A stretch of 64,000 nt of DNA from Candidatus Izemoplasmatales bacterium (GTDB lineage: Bacteria; Bacillota_I; Bacilli_A; Izemoplasmatales; Hujiaoplasmataceae). The stretch lies in assembly GCA_050949045.1 (NCBI GenBank), contig JBMNEZ010000001.1:768001-832000 (forward strand), in the 5' to 3' direction. Positions 20,900 through 30,984 of the stretch are shown here, piece after piece. Position 1 is the first letter of the stretch, and each line of letters opens with the position of its first letter. The translations under genes and the position numbers were made by a program. A model generated the notes under the pieces. It was not told the origin of the DNA, did no database searches, and was given only the letters and a program-made list of their open reading frames with translations.

Positions 20900-22668
20900 A
20901 GAAAAAAAAAACAAATAGAAAAAAAATGACAAAAGAACAAAAAGCGGAAAATAAAAAAAGAAGAGATTTTTCTAAAAAAATTGAAAATATATTTGTATTT
21001 TCGGGATTCAAAAAAATACCAGTACGTGGCATGACCTTTCAGTTGGGTGGGAGATCACATGAGTTGGATCATTGTTTTGTCTATGAAAACATTCTCATTA
21101 TATGCGAGGATACTATACAAGAATTAAAGAAAAAGGAAAAAGGTGAAACTTATAACAATAATCATAAATTGATAAAAAATGAAACTGCAGAGATGATTTC
21201 TGATAATAAAAAAGAAGTTTTTGAACTTTTAAAAAAGAAGTTTACCGATTGCAAAGAGATTAAAAAATATAGTCACACAGAATTTAAAGTCTTTTATTTA
21301 TATTTTGAATATGGAACTAAGAAATTTTATAAAGATACAGTAGATAGATTTAAAAATTTGAAACTAATCGATGCTCCAACAATGAATTATTTTGTATCTA
21401 TGTCTAAATGCATTAAAACTTCATTTAAATATGAATTATTTAGATTTTTAAAATTATCAAAAACAGATGTTGGAATACCTAATCCAACAGGTGAAATAAA
21501 ATCTATTAAAACACCGATAATTTATCCGGATTCTGTAACAGGTTTTCAGAGGGGAATTAGAATAGTTTCTTTTATGATGAAACCGGGCGATTTAATTGAA
21601 AATTGTTGTGTGCTCAGGAAAGATGGTTGGGATAAAAATATAGATTTATATCAAAGATTAGTTATTCCAAGTAAAATAAAATCAATAAGAAAATTTGTTG
21701 CTGAAAAACAAACAGCATTTTTAAATAATATCATTGTTACTCTTCCAAAAGAAATAAGTTTTTATCAGATTTCATCAGATAAAGAAAAATCAATTGAATT
21801 AGAAGATATAACAAAGTATAGAAGTGATATAGGAATTCGTATACCTGCTGATTTTAATAGCATGATAATAATAGATGGACAACACCGTGTTTTCGCATAT
21901 TATGAGGATAATAATAAAGAAGATTCTCTAGAATTAAAAATTAGAGATTTAAGAGATAAATTGAACTTACTTGTAACAGGGGTTATTTATCCTGATAATG
22001 AGTACTACAATGATGATTTAAATAAAAGGAAATTTGAAAGCGATTTATTTGTATCAATTAATGAAAATGCTAAAGTTGTTGATGCGGATACAATAATACA
22101 TGTTCAATCTATATTAAACCCAACATCTAGTGAAGCTATATCCAGAAAAGTTATTGAATTGTTAAATGAAGATGGCCCATTTAAATCTTTATTTGAATTA
22201 TCTAAAGTTGAACCTTCACTAATTAAAACAGCATCTATCATAAAATATGCATTAACTAATATGGTAGCAGCAAGAAACAACGAAAATTCGCTATTTTATT
22301 ATTGGTTAAAAGAAAATCACCAAAACGAGATATATGAACTGAGAAGTAGTAAAGATATTAATGATTATGTTAAATATTGTGCAACGTGTTTAAACGAATA
22401 TTTTAATGCCATTAAAGAAAAATTTCGTAATGATTGGAATAAAAACTCAAAATTATTGCAGGTCGTTTCACTTAATGCTTTTATCATTGCTTTAAGAGAA
22501 ACATTAAAATTAGTAGGCGGGCCTAAAAATAGTAAATTTTATTCTGAAGTTATTAAAGATCTTGATATTGATTTTAATGACATTAAGAATTTTCCGTATG
22601 CTGGTTCTCAATATAAAAAATTTGCAAACGATGCAATAATTCCATTATTTAATAAACATAAAAATTAA
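20893..22668 (+). CDS. DGQHR-domain (DndB/ParB-like) protein with N-terminal nuclease-like domain
   Basis: YQRLV...FLNNIIV...IIDGQHRVFAY...LFVSINENA; N-terminal ELDHCFVYENILIICEDT; overlaps MTase stop. Confidence 0.88.
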   Translation: MVKKKKTNRKKMTKEQKAENKKRRDFSKKIENIFVFSGFKKIPVRGMTFQLGGRSHELDHCFVYENILIICEDTIQELKKKEKGETYNNNHKLIKNETAEMISDNKKEVFELLKKKFTDCKEIKKYSHTEFKVFYLYFEYGTKKFYKDTVDRFKNLKLIDAPTMNYFVSMSKCIKTSFKYELFRFLKLSKTDVGIPNPTGEIKSIKTPIIYPDSVTGFQRGIRIVSFMMKPGDLIENCCVLRKDGWDKNIDLYQRLVIPSKIKSIRKFVAEKQTAFLNNIIVTLPKEISFYQISSDKEKSIELEDITKYRSDIGIRIPADFNSMIIIDGQHRVFAYYEDNNKEDSLELKIRDLRDKLNLLVTGVIYPDNEYYNDDLNKRKFESDLFVSINENAKVVDADTIIHVQSILNPTSSEAISRKVIELLNEDGPFKSLFELSKVEPSLIKTASIIKYALTNMVAARNNENSLFYYWLKENHQNEIYELRSSKDINDYVKYCATCLNEYFNAIKEKFRNDWNKNSKLLQVVSLNAFIIALRETLKLVGGPKNSKFYSEVIKDLDIDFNDIKNFPYAGSQYKKFANDAIIPLFNKHKN

Positions 22669-23010
22669 ATTAGTTCGTATTTTGGAATGTCAACTAAAAA
22701 GTGAACATTCAATTTTTTATTTATTTTACGTGTCTACTTGACAAGGGGTTGTTCATTTTCGATATATTATCACGTTAATAGATATAATAAAAGTGTTGTA
22801 ATATTATGTTAATTTACATGTAAAGATGAGTTTAGAAATTCTTTATAAAACACGAGTTTGAACCCAAAAAAGGATTTATTATTAAGACAATTCTGACATT
22901 TTTATAAAAAATGAAAAATAATTAAGGAATAAAGAACCGAATATAAGTTAATTTTATCAATGTATATAATAAAATAATAATAAGACAAAAAGCAATATGG
23001 AGAGATTGAA

Positions 23011-24258
23011 GTGAAGAAAAATGCCAAATTTATTGATATGTTTGCAGGAATAGGCGGCTTTCACGAAGCGATGTTAAAGGTGGATCCTAATTCTACTTGT
23101 GTTTGTGCTATTGAATTTGATGGTGCTGCGCAAAGTGTATATAAGAATAGTTTTGGGATTGATCCACTCGGCGATATTAATAATGAAAACACGATTCAAG
23201 GCATAGATATTGCAGTAGAAAAAAATGATGGGTTTGATATTTTATTTGCCGGATTTCCGTGTCAAACTTTTTCAAAAGCTGGAAAAAGAGAGGGGTTTAA
23301 TGATGAAACAAGAGGGACACTATTTTATAAAATCGAAGAATTGTTGAAAAAATATAAACCGCAATATTTTGTTTTAGAAAATGTTCGAAATTTAATTAAT
23401 CATAAATCTAATAATCAAAAGTCTTTAAAAATTATTATTGATCATTTAAAAAAAATGGGTTACGAGGTTAGATGGTCTCTTTTGAGTCCACATAGAATTA
23501 AACAAGATAAATTTATCCCTCAATTACGAGAGAGGGTTTTTATTTATGGGAAAATAAACTCAACAGAAGAAGAGCTTAATCAAATAAGAAAAAACATTGA
23601 ATCAAAATTTTATTCGAACAAAGAATTTAGAGATAATTTGCCTACAGACTTTAAAAAAATGAAGCAAAACATAGAAAGATTTTTGGATAAAGATAACGAT
23701 AGTATTGCGGAATTGAAAATAGATGAAAACACTATGAAGGTTTTGAATATATGGGAAGAATTAAATCAAGAAATAAGAGCAGATGGCGGTCGTCTAATAT
23801 CGCCAATATGGTTAGATACGATTTTTAATGAAGAAAATCAAAAAACAGATTTAGAATGGAAAAGCAACCTAATTAACAAGAATATGGAGTTTTATAAAAA
23901 ACATAAAAAAGTTATTAATAAATGGTATAAAAAACACAATAAATTAAAAGGATTCAATAAAACTCAACGAAAATTTGAATGGAATGCAAACAACACTATA
24001 GCAAGTATATTTGAAGGAATTATTCATTCGAGGCCATCCGGTATCAGAGTTAAGAAACCAGATTATTTTCCTACATTTGTTGCAATAAATCAAAAACCTA
24101 TAATCAATAACAAATATATATCTCCTAACGAGATTAAAAAATTATATGGGTTTCAAAAAGTTAAGTTGGGTTCTAGTTATGCAGAATCTTATAAACAATT
24201 AGGTAACTCCGTTAGTGCCGATGTTTCTGCTATAGTAATTAAAGAGTTGTTGAGGTAG
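23011..24258 (+). CDS. dcm: DNA (cytosine-5)-methyltransferase
   Basis: FAGIGG, GFPCQTFS, ENV, QLRERVFI, YKQLGNSV. Confidence 0.95.
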   Translation: MKKNAKFIDMFAGIGGFHEAMLKVDPNSTCVCAIEFDGAAQSVYKNSFGIDPLGDINNENTIQGIDIAVEKNDGFDILFAGFPCQTFSKAGKREGFNDETRGTLFYKIEELLKKYKPQYFVLENVRNLINHKSNNQKSLKIIIDHLKKMGYEVRWSLLSPHRIKQDKFIPQLRERVFIYGKINSTEEELNQIRKNIESKFYSNKEFRDNLPTDFKKMKQNIERFLDKDNDSIAELKIDENTMKVLNIWEELNQEIRADGGRLISPIWLDTIFNEENQKTDLEWKSNLINKNMEFYKKHKKVINKWYKKHNKLKGFNKTQRKFEWNANNTIASIFEGIIHSRPSGIRVKKPDYFPTFVAINQKPIINNKYISPNEIKKLYGFQKVKLGSSYAESYKQLGNSVSADVSAIVIKELLR

Positions 24259-24262
24259 AAAA

Positions 24263-24814
24263 ATGATGAATTTGAATATAGATAAAAATAAAAAAATTGT
24301 CGAAGCAAAAGACAAGAAACATCCTACTAATAAATTGAAGTTATATTTTCAAAAAATGATTGTAGAAAACGGTTTTTTAATAAAATCTTTTCAAACAAGA
24401 GGTTCCATAATTAGCATTGTTTTTCAAAAGCAAGATAAAAAATATACATTACATTCAGTTTTAAAAAATATTACACATGCAGGATGGAAAGATAAACCAG
24501 AAATAAAGAGAATTCAAGTAACGAATTTATGGACTAACAAGCCTAAGTTTATTCAAGTTAATAAAAAAAATGAGTTTTTAATTTACTTTGGTTATTATGA
24601 TTTTGATAATAATCCACTAATAGTAGCGTGGGATTCTGAAAGGTATAGCGATCATAAAACAAATAGGTCTTGCTATGTTAATTTAGATACACTATTGTGG
24701 GCATATAACGAAAATTATGTATCAACAGTAAATAGTAGTCAAAAAGTATGGATTTTTAAACCGGAAAAATTTAAAAAATTTTTAGATGAATATAAAGAAT
24801 ACATTAATAATTAG
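24263..24814 (+). CDS. Probable methylase-associated X1 (MTaX1)-like domain protein
   Basis: NITHAG...KRIQ...FGY...IVAWD...S.YV pattern recalled for this family; 4 bp after dcm. Confidence 0.55.
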   Translation: MMNLNIDKNKKIVEAKDKKHPTNKLKLYFQKMIVENGFLIKSFQTRGSIISIVFQKQDKKYTLHSVLKNITHAGWKDKPEIKRIQVTNLWTNKPKFIQVNKKNEFLIYFGYYDFDNNPLIVAWDSERYSDHKTNRSCYVNLDTLLWAYNENYVSTVNSSQKVWIFKPEKFKKFLDEYKEYINN

Positions 24815-24825
24815 AGGTGATGTAA

Positions 24826-26373
24826 ATGAACGATAAAATTATAAAATTAGATATTAGACCACCAGCAAGTATTTATGGGACGTTTTCACGATTATCATAT
24901 GAACCGGCATATGCAATAGCTGAATTTGTTGATAATTCAACACAGTCATTTTATGATAATAAAACAACAATGAAATTTTACAAAGTAAATAAATTAAAAG
25001 TTAATATTGAATATGACAAAACTAAAGGCACTTTAAAAATAGAAGATAATGCTTATGGTATGGATTTAACTGATTTTAAACGAGCAATTTTATTAGGAGC
25101 TAAACCCATAGATAGTTCTGGTCGAAATGAGTTTGGTATGGGATTAAAAACTGCGGCTAGTTGGTTTGGTAATGTTTGGTCGGTAAAAAGCACTAGATTA
25201 AATGATGAAAATGAATACTTTGCTGAAGTAAATATACCAAAATTAGAATATGAGGACAATAATCATATTGATATTGTTGCAAGTAAAACAGATAAGAGAA
25301 AACACGGCACCATTATATTTATTAGAGAGTTAACTAAAAAAATAAAGCCTGCAGATGTGAAAAAGATTTTAAGTAGCACATATAGAAATGATTTAAAAAC
25401 AAAACAAGTGGAAATTAGATTTAATGGAGAATTGCTTACATTTGAACCTTACTCATTGCTTAATTATCAGGGAGAAGAATGGCAAAGAGAAGTCGCATTT
25501 GATTTTGAGTATGAAGGTAAACTATATAACGTTTGGGGGAAAATTGGAATAATTGATCCAGGGGGATTTAAAAAAGCGGGATTTGCATTATTTAGAAGAA
25601 ACAGGGTAATTATAGGTGGCGAAGGGAGAAACTATAAACCAGATAAAATATTTGTTCAAGCCCAAAGTCAAATTTCACTAAAATTAATAGGGGAATTTCA
25701 TTTAGAAGATTTTGAAGTCAATCAAGCTAAAGACGGTTTTGTATGGGGCGGTGGTCTTGAGGATGAATTTTTAGATAGGCTTAAAGAAAACATACAAGAT
25801 TACATCAAAATTGCTGAACTTTCAAAAGGTCAACGTATAGAATCGGAATCAATTAAAGAGGATAATTCAGAAGTTGTTCATAGAGAAACTAGTAAAGTGG
25901 TAGATAAAATATCAAAAGATGTACCGGATGATATTACACATGATGACGAGGATAGTAATGTAAAAAAATATAAACAACAGGAAAAGGCAAAAGACAGAGA
26001 TTTAGATAAACATCCTAGTGAAGAAAGTAAAGAAAGAGTTTATTATAATGTCATAGATTCAAATGATGACATACATATAAAATGGTCTATACAAAGTAAT
26101 AGTAAAGATTGGTTAGATATATCAAAAGAGTCTAAAGATGATAATAAAAGTGGAACGCGCTATTTTGTTACAATGAATTTGAATCACCCATTCTTTAAAC
26201 CTTATGCGAATGAGGAGGGAAATGAATTTAAAATTATTTTGGAAAAGTTAGCGCTTGCAATATCTTTAGCAGAAATTCAAGCTAATAGATTGGCAGATGA
26301 AAACGGAAGAGTTCACCCTAGTTTAATGGTTGTATTAATTAATCAATATTTAACGGAATTGGGAAATGAATAA
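24826..26373 (+). CDS. MORC/MutL-type GHKL ATPase (HATPase_c_3)
   Basis: AIAEFVDNS, IEDNAYGM, GRNEFGMGLKTAA, HGTII; C-terminal NLNHPF. Confidence 0.9.
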   Translation: MNDKIIKLDIRPPASIYGTFSRLSYEPAYAIAEFVDNSTQSFYDNKTTMKFYKVNKLKVNIEYDKTKGTLKIEDNAYGMDLTDFKRAILLGAKPIDSSGRNEFGMGLKTAASWFGNVWSVKSTRLNDENEYFAEVNIPKLEYEDNNHIDIVASKTDKRKHGTIIFIRELTKKIKPADVKKILSSTYRNDLKTKQVEIRFNGELLTFEPYSLLNYQGEEWQREVAFDFEYEGKLYNVWGKIGIIDPGGFKKAGFALFRRNRVIIGGEGRNYKPDKIFVQAQSQISLKLIGEFHLEDFEVNQAKDGFVWGGGLEDEFLDRLKENIQDYIKIAELSKGQRIESESIKEDNSEVVHRETSKVVDKISKDVPDDITHDDEDSNVKKYKQQEKAKDRDLDKHPSEESKERVYYNVIDSNDDIHIKWSIQSNSKDWLDISKESKDDNKSGTRYFVTMNLNHPFFKPYANEEGNEFKIILEKLALAISLAEIQANRLADENGRVHPSLMVVLINQYLTELGNE

Positions 26374-28453
26374 AGAAATCGAAAAATACAAAGTTCATGA
26401 TAAAAGAGAAAATTTGGCTCATATAATTAATAAAGGAAAATTCTACAATCAAATTATAGATGTTCTAAAAACAAATTTCGATAAGCGCTCAACAGATACT
26501 ATAATTAATAATGTTGACAGAATTTATGAGTCTTTTTTAAATCTGAATGAAATTAAAAACTTATTATTAGTGGGAAAAGTTCAATCAGGAAAAACTTCAA
26601 ACTTAAAGTTGTTGACAGGACTTTTATTTGATAATGATTATCAACTTGGAGTTATTTACGGCGGATATAGTGAGGAATTATTAAAGCAAACAATCGAAAG
26701 ATTTAAAAATGCATATAGAAAAAACATAAATGAAAAAGATATTGTAATAATTGATACATATAACACAAATATAGATGGTTTAAGAGATGTTTTGCCTAAG
26801 ATGATTTCTAAAAACAAAATATTAATACTATCTATGAAAAATTCTGATACGATCAAGAAGGTTACAAACGCATTATCAGGAACTGAATTTTATAATTATA
26901 AAACTTTTATTATTGATGATGAGGGAGATCAAGCAAGTTTGAACACAGAGATAAGAAACAATGGAGAATCTCCAACATATAAAAATATTACTAGTATGAT
27001 AGAAATTTTTAAAACCCCCCTTTACTTATCATCAACTGCAACTCCCAACGCAATCATTTTTCAACCGTCTACCAGTATAATTGATCCTAAATCTGTAGTC
27101 TTGATTGAGCCGGGCGAAGAATATTATGGCGCTGATTTTTTTCACACCACAAGCGATAATATTATCATTGTTAGTGAAAACAGTGAAGAAATCAAGGTTA
27201 GTAATGATATGAAAAAAGCCTTTCATCATTTTTTAATTTCATCAGCGATATTACATATTGAAGGGATAAATAATACTTCGATGATAGTTCACACCCATAA
27301 AGATATATATATTCATAAACAAATGAAAAGAGACTTTGAGGCGATTAAAAAATTCTACGAAAATATTATTGAAAAAGATAAGAATTATTTCTATGGAGAA
27401 TTAAACACAATATATAAAAAGCCATATTTTGATGAGAAAATTATTGGGAAATACAGTTTAGATGTTTTGATTAAAATTATAAAAAATAAGGTATTTCCAA
27501 ATTTATTTTTCATTTTATATAACAGTAAAGGTTCTGACGATTTAGCATTTAAAGAATTTAAAAGCCATACAGTTTCTATAGGTGGGGAATTAATTCAAAG
27601 GGGAGTAACTTTTAATAATTTAGTAACATCTTATTTTACAAGATCGCCAAAATCAGGTGGTAATATGGATACAACCTTACAAAGAGCGAGATGGTTTGGT
27701 TATCGAAAAAAGATCATTCATTTGATGAGGGTTTTTACCACAGAAGAATTATCTGATAACTTCAGTATATTAACAGATGTGGAACAACAACTATGGGATC
27801 AATTTTATTCTGTTCAAGAAGGGGAATTAACATTAGATGATATTGCTATAAGGGCTGATTCTAAAATGAATGTAGCTAGACAAAACGTTATTAGTATAGA
27901 ATCAACCAATTTTCGAAGAAAGTGGTTTAAACAAAACTTGGGGATTTTTGACTCTGAATCAATAGTTAAAAATAATACAATAGTTAAAAATTATCTTAAA
28001 AGATTTTCAAAAAATAAAATAAGTTTAGCAAGGATTGATGGAGAGTTAAATGTTGAGTGTTTTGAAGATTCTTCTAAAAACTTTAAAGAAAAAATTATTA
28101 ACAAATTAACTATATTTAAATATGAACCTTTGAATAAAATTTTCGATTATGATATGGAAAACGAAATTATCGATGTTTTAATAATGGATAGTTTAAAACT
28201 AGGATCTAGAGAAAGAGAATTCAATAAAAATAATGTTGTTAATAACCTTCATCAAGGTCAAGATAAATCAAATAAAGACAGTAGTAAATTTTTAGGAGAT
28301 TCAAAAGTTATAAAAAATAAAGATAGGATTACAATACAAATTTTTAAAGTGTTACCGAAAAAAGATGGAAAGAAAAAACATGAATTTATTCAGTATATGT
28401 TTGCAGTTTATTTGCCAGTCGAAGGAAAGTATTTTAGGAGAAAGAAATTATGA
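26366..28453 (+). CDS. Z1-domain SF2 helicase-like protein
   Basis: GKVQSGKT, IIDDEGDQAS, TATP, RGVTFNNL, DTTLQRARWFGYR. Confidence 0.92.
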   Translation: MNKEIEKYKVHDKRENLAHIINKGKFYNQIIDVLKTNFDKRSTDTIINNVDRIYESFLNLNEIKNLLLVGKVQSGKTSNLKLLTGLLFDNDYQLGVIYGGYSEELLKQTIERFKNAYRKNINEKDIVIIDTYNTNIDGLRDVLPKMISKNKILILSMKNSDTIKKVTNALSGTEFYNYKTFIIDDEGDQASLNTEIRNNGESPTYKNITSMIEIFKTPLYLSSTATPNAIIFQPSTSIIDPKSVVLIEPGEEYYGADFFHTTSDNIIIVSENSEEIKVSNDMKKAFHHFLISSAILHIEGINNTSMIVHTHKDIYIHKQMKRDFEAIKKFYENIIEKDKNYFYGELNTIYKKPYFDEKIIGKYSLDVLIKIIKNKVFPNLFFILYNSKGSDDLAFKEFKSHTVSIGGELIQRGVTFNNLVTSYFTRSPKSGGNMDTTLQRARWFGYRKKIIHLMRVFTTEELSDNFSILTDVEQQLWDQFYSVQEGELTLDDIAIRADSKMNVARQNVISIESTNFRRKWFKQNLGIFDSESIVKNNTIVKNYLKRFSKNKISLARIDGELNVECFEDSSKNFKEKIINKLTIFKYEPLNKIFDYDMENEIIDVLIMDSLKLGSREREFNKNNVVNNLHQGQDKSNKDSSKFLGDSKVIKNKDRITIQIFKVLPKKDGKKKHEFIQYMFAVYLPVEGKYFRRKKL

Positions 28454-29394
28454 AATCTAAAATAAAAACAGTGTTAAATAAAATTCAAAAAAAAGAACTA
28501 AATTTAATATATTTGGTTGAAAGCATTGACGAAGAATGTGGTTTTTTTCTACATGAAAATAAATTTTTATTTGCCTCAAAAAATAAAGATAATGAAAAAT
28601 ATAAAGAAATAAACACAAATTATTTATCAATGAAGACTAAAATACAAATTGATGTGGTAACTAACGAACCCACCTTTGAAGCTGGAGAATATAATTTGCT
28701 TTATTTCAATCATAGTATTGAAGATGAAAGATTAGAGTTATTTATTAATTTAAGCGAACTATATTCTGAAACAAGAGATAAAATTACTTTCGTCAGTTTT
28801 TTTGAACAAATGCAATCACTTTTTCAAAGTTCTACAGAAAAAAACAAAAAAACAATGGTTGGTATATTAGGAGAACTTTATTTTATTATAAAAATGTTTT
28901 ATCTTGGACATGATTTATCTAACTTTTGGCTTACAACAGGCGAGTATTCAAAATATGATTTTATTTTAGAGAATATTAAAATGGAGGTAAAAACAACAAG
29001 TAGCATAACTCCAATTTTTAAAATCAAACATGACCAAGTTTTTAGCAATGGAAACGTATATATAATTACTGTTTTAATTTCGGAGGATAACAGTGGATTA
29101 TCAATTATGGAAATGGTTGAAAAAATTAAAGAAATAAATGCTTTTAAAGAAAACTTTTCCTTTATGGCGAAATTAAATTCAATATTATTTAAGATAGAAG
29201 ATGACTTAGATAGTATAAATAAAAAATATAGTTTATCTGAAATAAATGTATATGATGCAGATTCATTACATAAAATAGATAATATTCCTGGAAATATATT
29301 TAATGTAGTTTATGACTATAATTTTATAACCGAAGAACCAATGAAAATTAATGAATTTTCAAAAATTTTATATGAAGTCAAAGGAAAAATATAG
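28450..29394 (+). CDS. PD-(D/E)XK nuclease, DUF4420 type
   Basis: GILGELYF...W...KYDF...EVKTT; ATGA overlap with Z1 gene. Confidence 0.85.
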   Translation: MKSKIKTVLNKIQKKELNLIYLVESIDEECGFFLHENKFLFASKNKDNEKYKEINTNYLSMKTKIQIDVVTNEPTFEAGEYNLLYFNHSIEDERLELFINLSELYSETRDKITFVSFFEQMQSLFQSSTEKNKKTMVGILGELYFIIKMFYLGHDLSNFWLTTGEYSKYDFILENIKMEVKTTSSITPIFKIKHDQVFSNGNVYIITVLISEDNSGLSIMEMVEKIKEINAFKENFSFMAKLNSILFKIEDDLDSINKKYSLSEINVYDADSLHKIDNIPGNIFNVVYDYNFITEEPMKINEFSKILYEVKGKI

Positions 29395-29501
29395 TGTTCG
29401 ATTTTCTTTTGTTTTCCCTCAAAAGGTACGCTAACGGATTTTTTTAGTACTTTTGCACAATTAAGCAATTTTCTACTATGCCTTTTATGTCATAATTGGT
29501 G
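29394..29501 (+). repeat. Island end arm fused to tRNA-Ala 3' end
   Basis: Shares a 41-bp motif with 14445 and a 77-bp arm with 14563/16743-16810. Confidence 0.75.
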
Positions 29502-29572
29502 GAGATGACGGGACTCGAACCCGCGACCTCTTGCATGCGAAGCAAGCGCTCTCCCAGCTGAGCTACATCCCC
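29497..29572 (-). tRNA. tRNA-Ala(CGC)
   Basis: GGGGATG...CTTGC-TTCGCAT-GCAAG...GGTTCGAGTCC...CATCTCCACCA, with G3:U70. Confidence 0.96.
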
Positions 29573-29691
29573 ATACGATTACTATTTTAATAAAACAGCC
29601 GCAAAACTGCAAGACAAATTGCTTGGAGTATTTCTCTTAAAAAATATGCCGCTTCTTTAAAAGCCGGCTTTTTTTGAATGGCGATCAAGTT

Positions 29692-30984
29692 TCAATCGCC
29701 TTCGTAATCCCAAGTGATCGCTTCGGCGCCTTCGCTCCAGTAATAATGCCAGCCCTCTGGCTTTCTTTGGTGTTCGACAAAGATAAAAACGCCGCTGCCC
29801 GCAAAAGCGGCTTCACCGATCGAGGTCACATTTGCCGGGATATAAACAGTCCTTAATCCTCCATCGACAGCTTGATAATCTCCGGCAAAGGCAAAGGCCT
29901 TGATCGTGGTGACCGCATCAGGAACGGTATACTCATTTCCTGGTTTTGCCACAGGGTATGCGTATAAGATGTCACCTTCATAATTGAAGAGCACACCCTC
30001 GATCGACTTGAAAGCCGTGTTTTCCGAATCGACATTGATAGACTTTAGTTTGCCCATGTTAGCGAAAGCTTTGTCCCCAATACTTGTGAGGGTAGCGGGA
30101 ATAAAGATCTCGGTCGTGTTGGCGACACCGGCAAACGCACTGTTTCCGATCGTCATCAACCCGCTGGACAAGATGATTTCGGAAAGCGAAACGCACTGCT
30201 CGAAAGCATTCGCGCCGATTCTAGTTACACTGGAAGGAATGGCGATAGCAGCGAGCGAGTGACAATGAGAAAAAGTCGAAGCTTTGATTTCAATGATTCC
30301 CGCTGGCAAAGCGAGTGATGCGATCTCGCCGCAATCGTAAAAAGCATATGTTCCTATCGATATCACTCCGTCTGGTATGATGATACTCGACAAAGCATAA
30401 CAAGAATTGAACGCGTAGTCCCCGATCGAAAGCAAACCCTCAGGGAGGGTGATCGCACTCAGTTTTTCACACTCGGAAAATGTTCCCCGGCGGATTTCGT
30501 TTACCGCTTCCGGAATATCAATGGATTCAAGATTTTTACAATCTTGAAACGCATAAGCGCCGATCAAGGAAGTTGTTTCAGGAAGCGCTATGGACGACAG
30601 GCTGTGCGCTCCAGAGAACGCAAGTTCCCCAATCTCGACCAATTGAGTGCCGATAACGATCGTTTTTAGTTTCCTGCACCCGAAAAAAGCCTTGTCGCCG
30701 ATTTCGGTGACAAATTCCCCCAGGCGGATCTCGACCAAGGAATTATCGCGGAAAGCTTCCGGATCGATCTTGGTGACTCTGGTGAGCATGATCCGATCGC
30801 GGATCAAATATTTATCTTTTGCCTTGGATACACCGATGACAACCGCTTCGCCATCATCAATCCGGTAGCGAATCCCCTGATAGGCAACAAAAAAGCCGAA
30901 GGTGTAAAGCATCGTCATGACGATGCTCACAATTAAAACGACACTCACACTAGCCAACAACCAATAGAGTTTTCTTCTGCCCAC
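29692..30984 (-). CDS. BspA-type leucine-rich repeat (LRR_5) membrane-anchored surface protein
   Basis: N-terminal TM; ~23-aa repeats IGxxAFxxCxxLxSIxIPxxV. Confidence 0.92.
   Translation of the reverse strand: MGRRKLYWLLASVSVVLIVSIVMTMLYTFGFFVAYQGIRYRIDDGEAVVIGVSKAKDKYLIRDRIMLTRVTKIDPEAFRDNSLVEIRLGEFVTEIGDKAFFGCRKLKTIVIGTQLVEIGELAFSGAHSLSSIALPETTSLIGAYAFQDCKNLESIDIPEAVNEIRRGTFSECEKLSAITLPEGLLSIGDYAFNSCYALSSIIIPDGVISIGTYAFYDCGEIASLALPAGIIEIKASTFSHCHSLAAIAIPSSVTRIGANAFEQCVSLSEIILSSGLMTIGNSAFAGVANTTEIFIPATLTSIGDKAFANMGKLKSINVDSENTAFKSIEGVLFNYEGDILYAYPVAKPGNEYTVPDAVTTIKAFAFAGDYQAVDGGLRTVYIPANVTSIGEAAFAGSGVFIFVEHQRKPEGWHYYWSEGAEAITWDYEGD

Larger units (their letters stand above)
7300..29497. mobile_element. 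AT-rich defence island at 3' end of tRNA-Ala(CGC); left boundary approximate
   Basis: Sharp composition change at the tRNA; defence-type and IS content; repeated boundary motifs. Confidence 0.8.

Noticed and set aside
20893..22668. Dnd phosphorothioation or Dpd system
   Set aside because: No dndA/C/D/E or dpdA-type genes in the window; only the DGQHR domain is shared
22688..22756. IS3-like terminal sequences (TGTCTACTTGACAAGGGGTTGTTCA)
   Set aside because: No transposase, partner IR or target duplication identified
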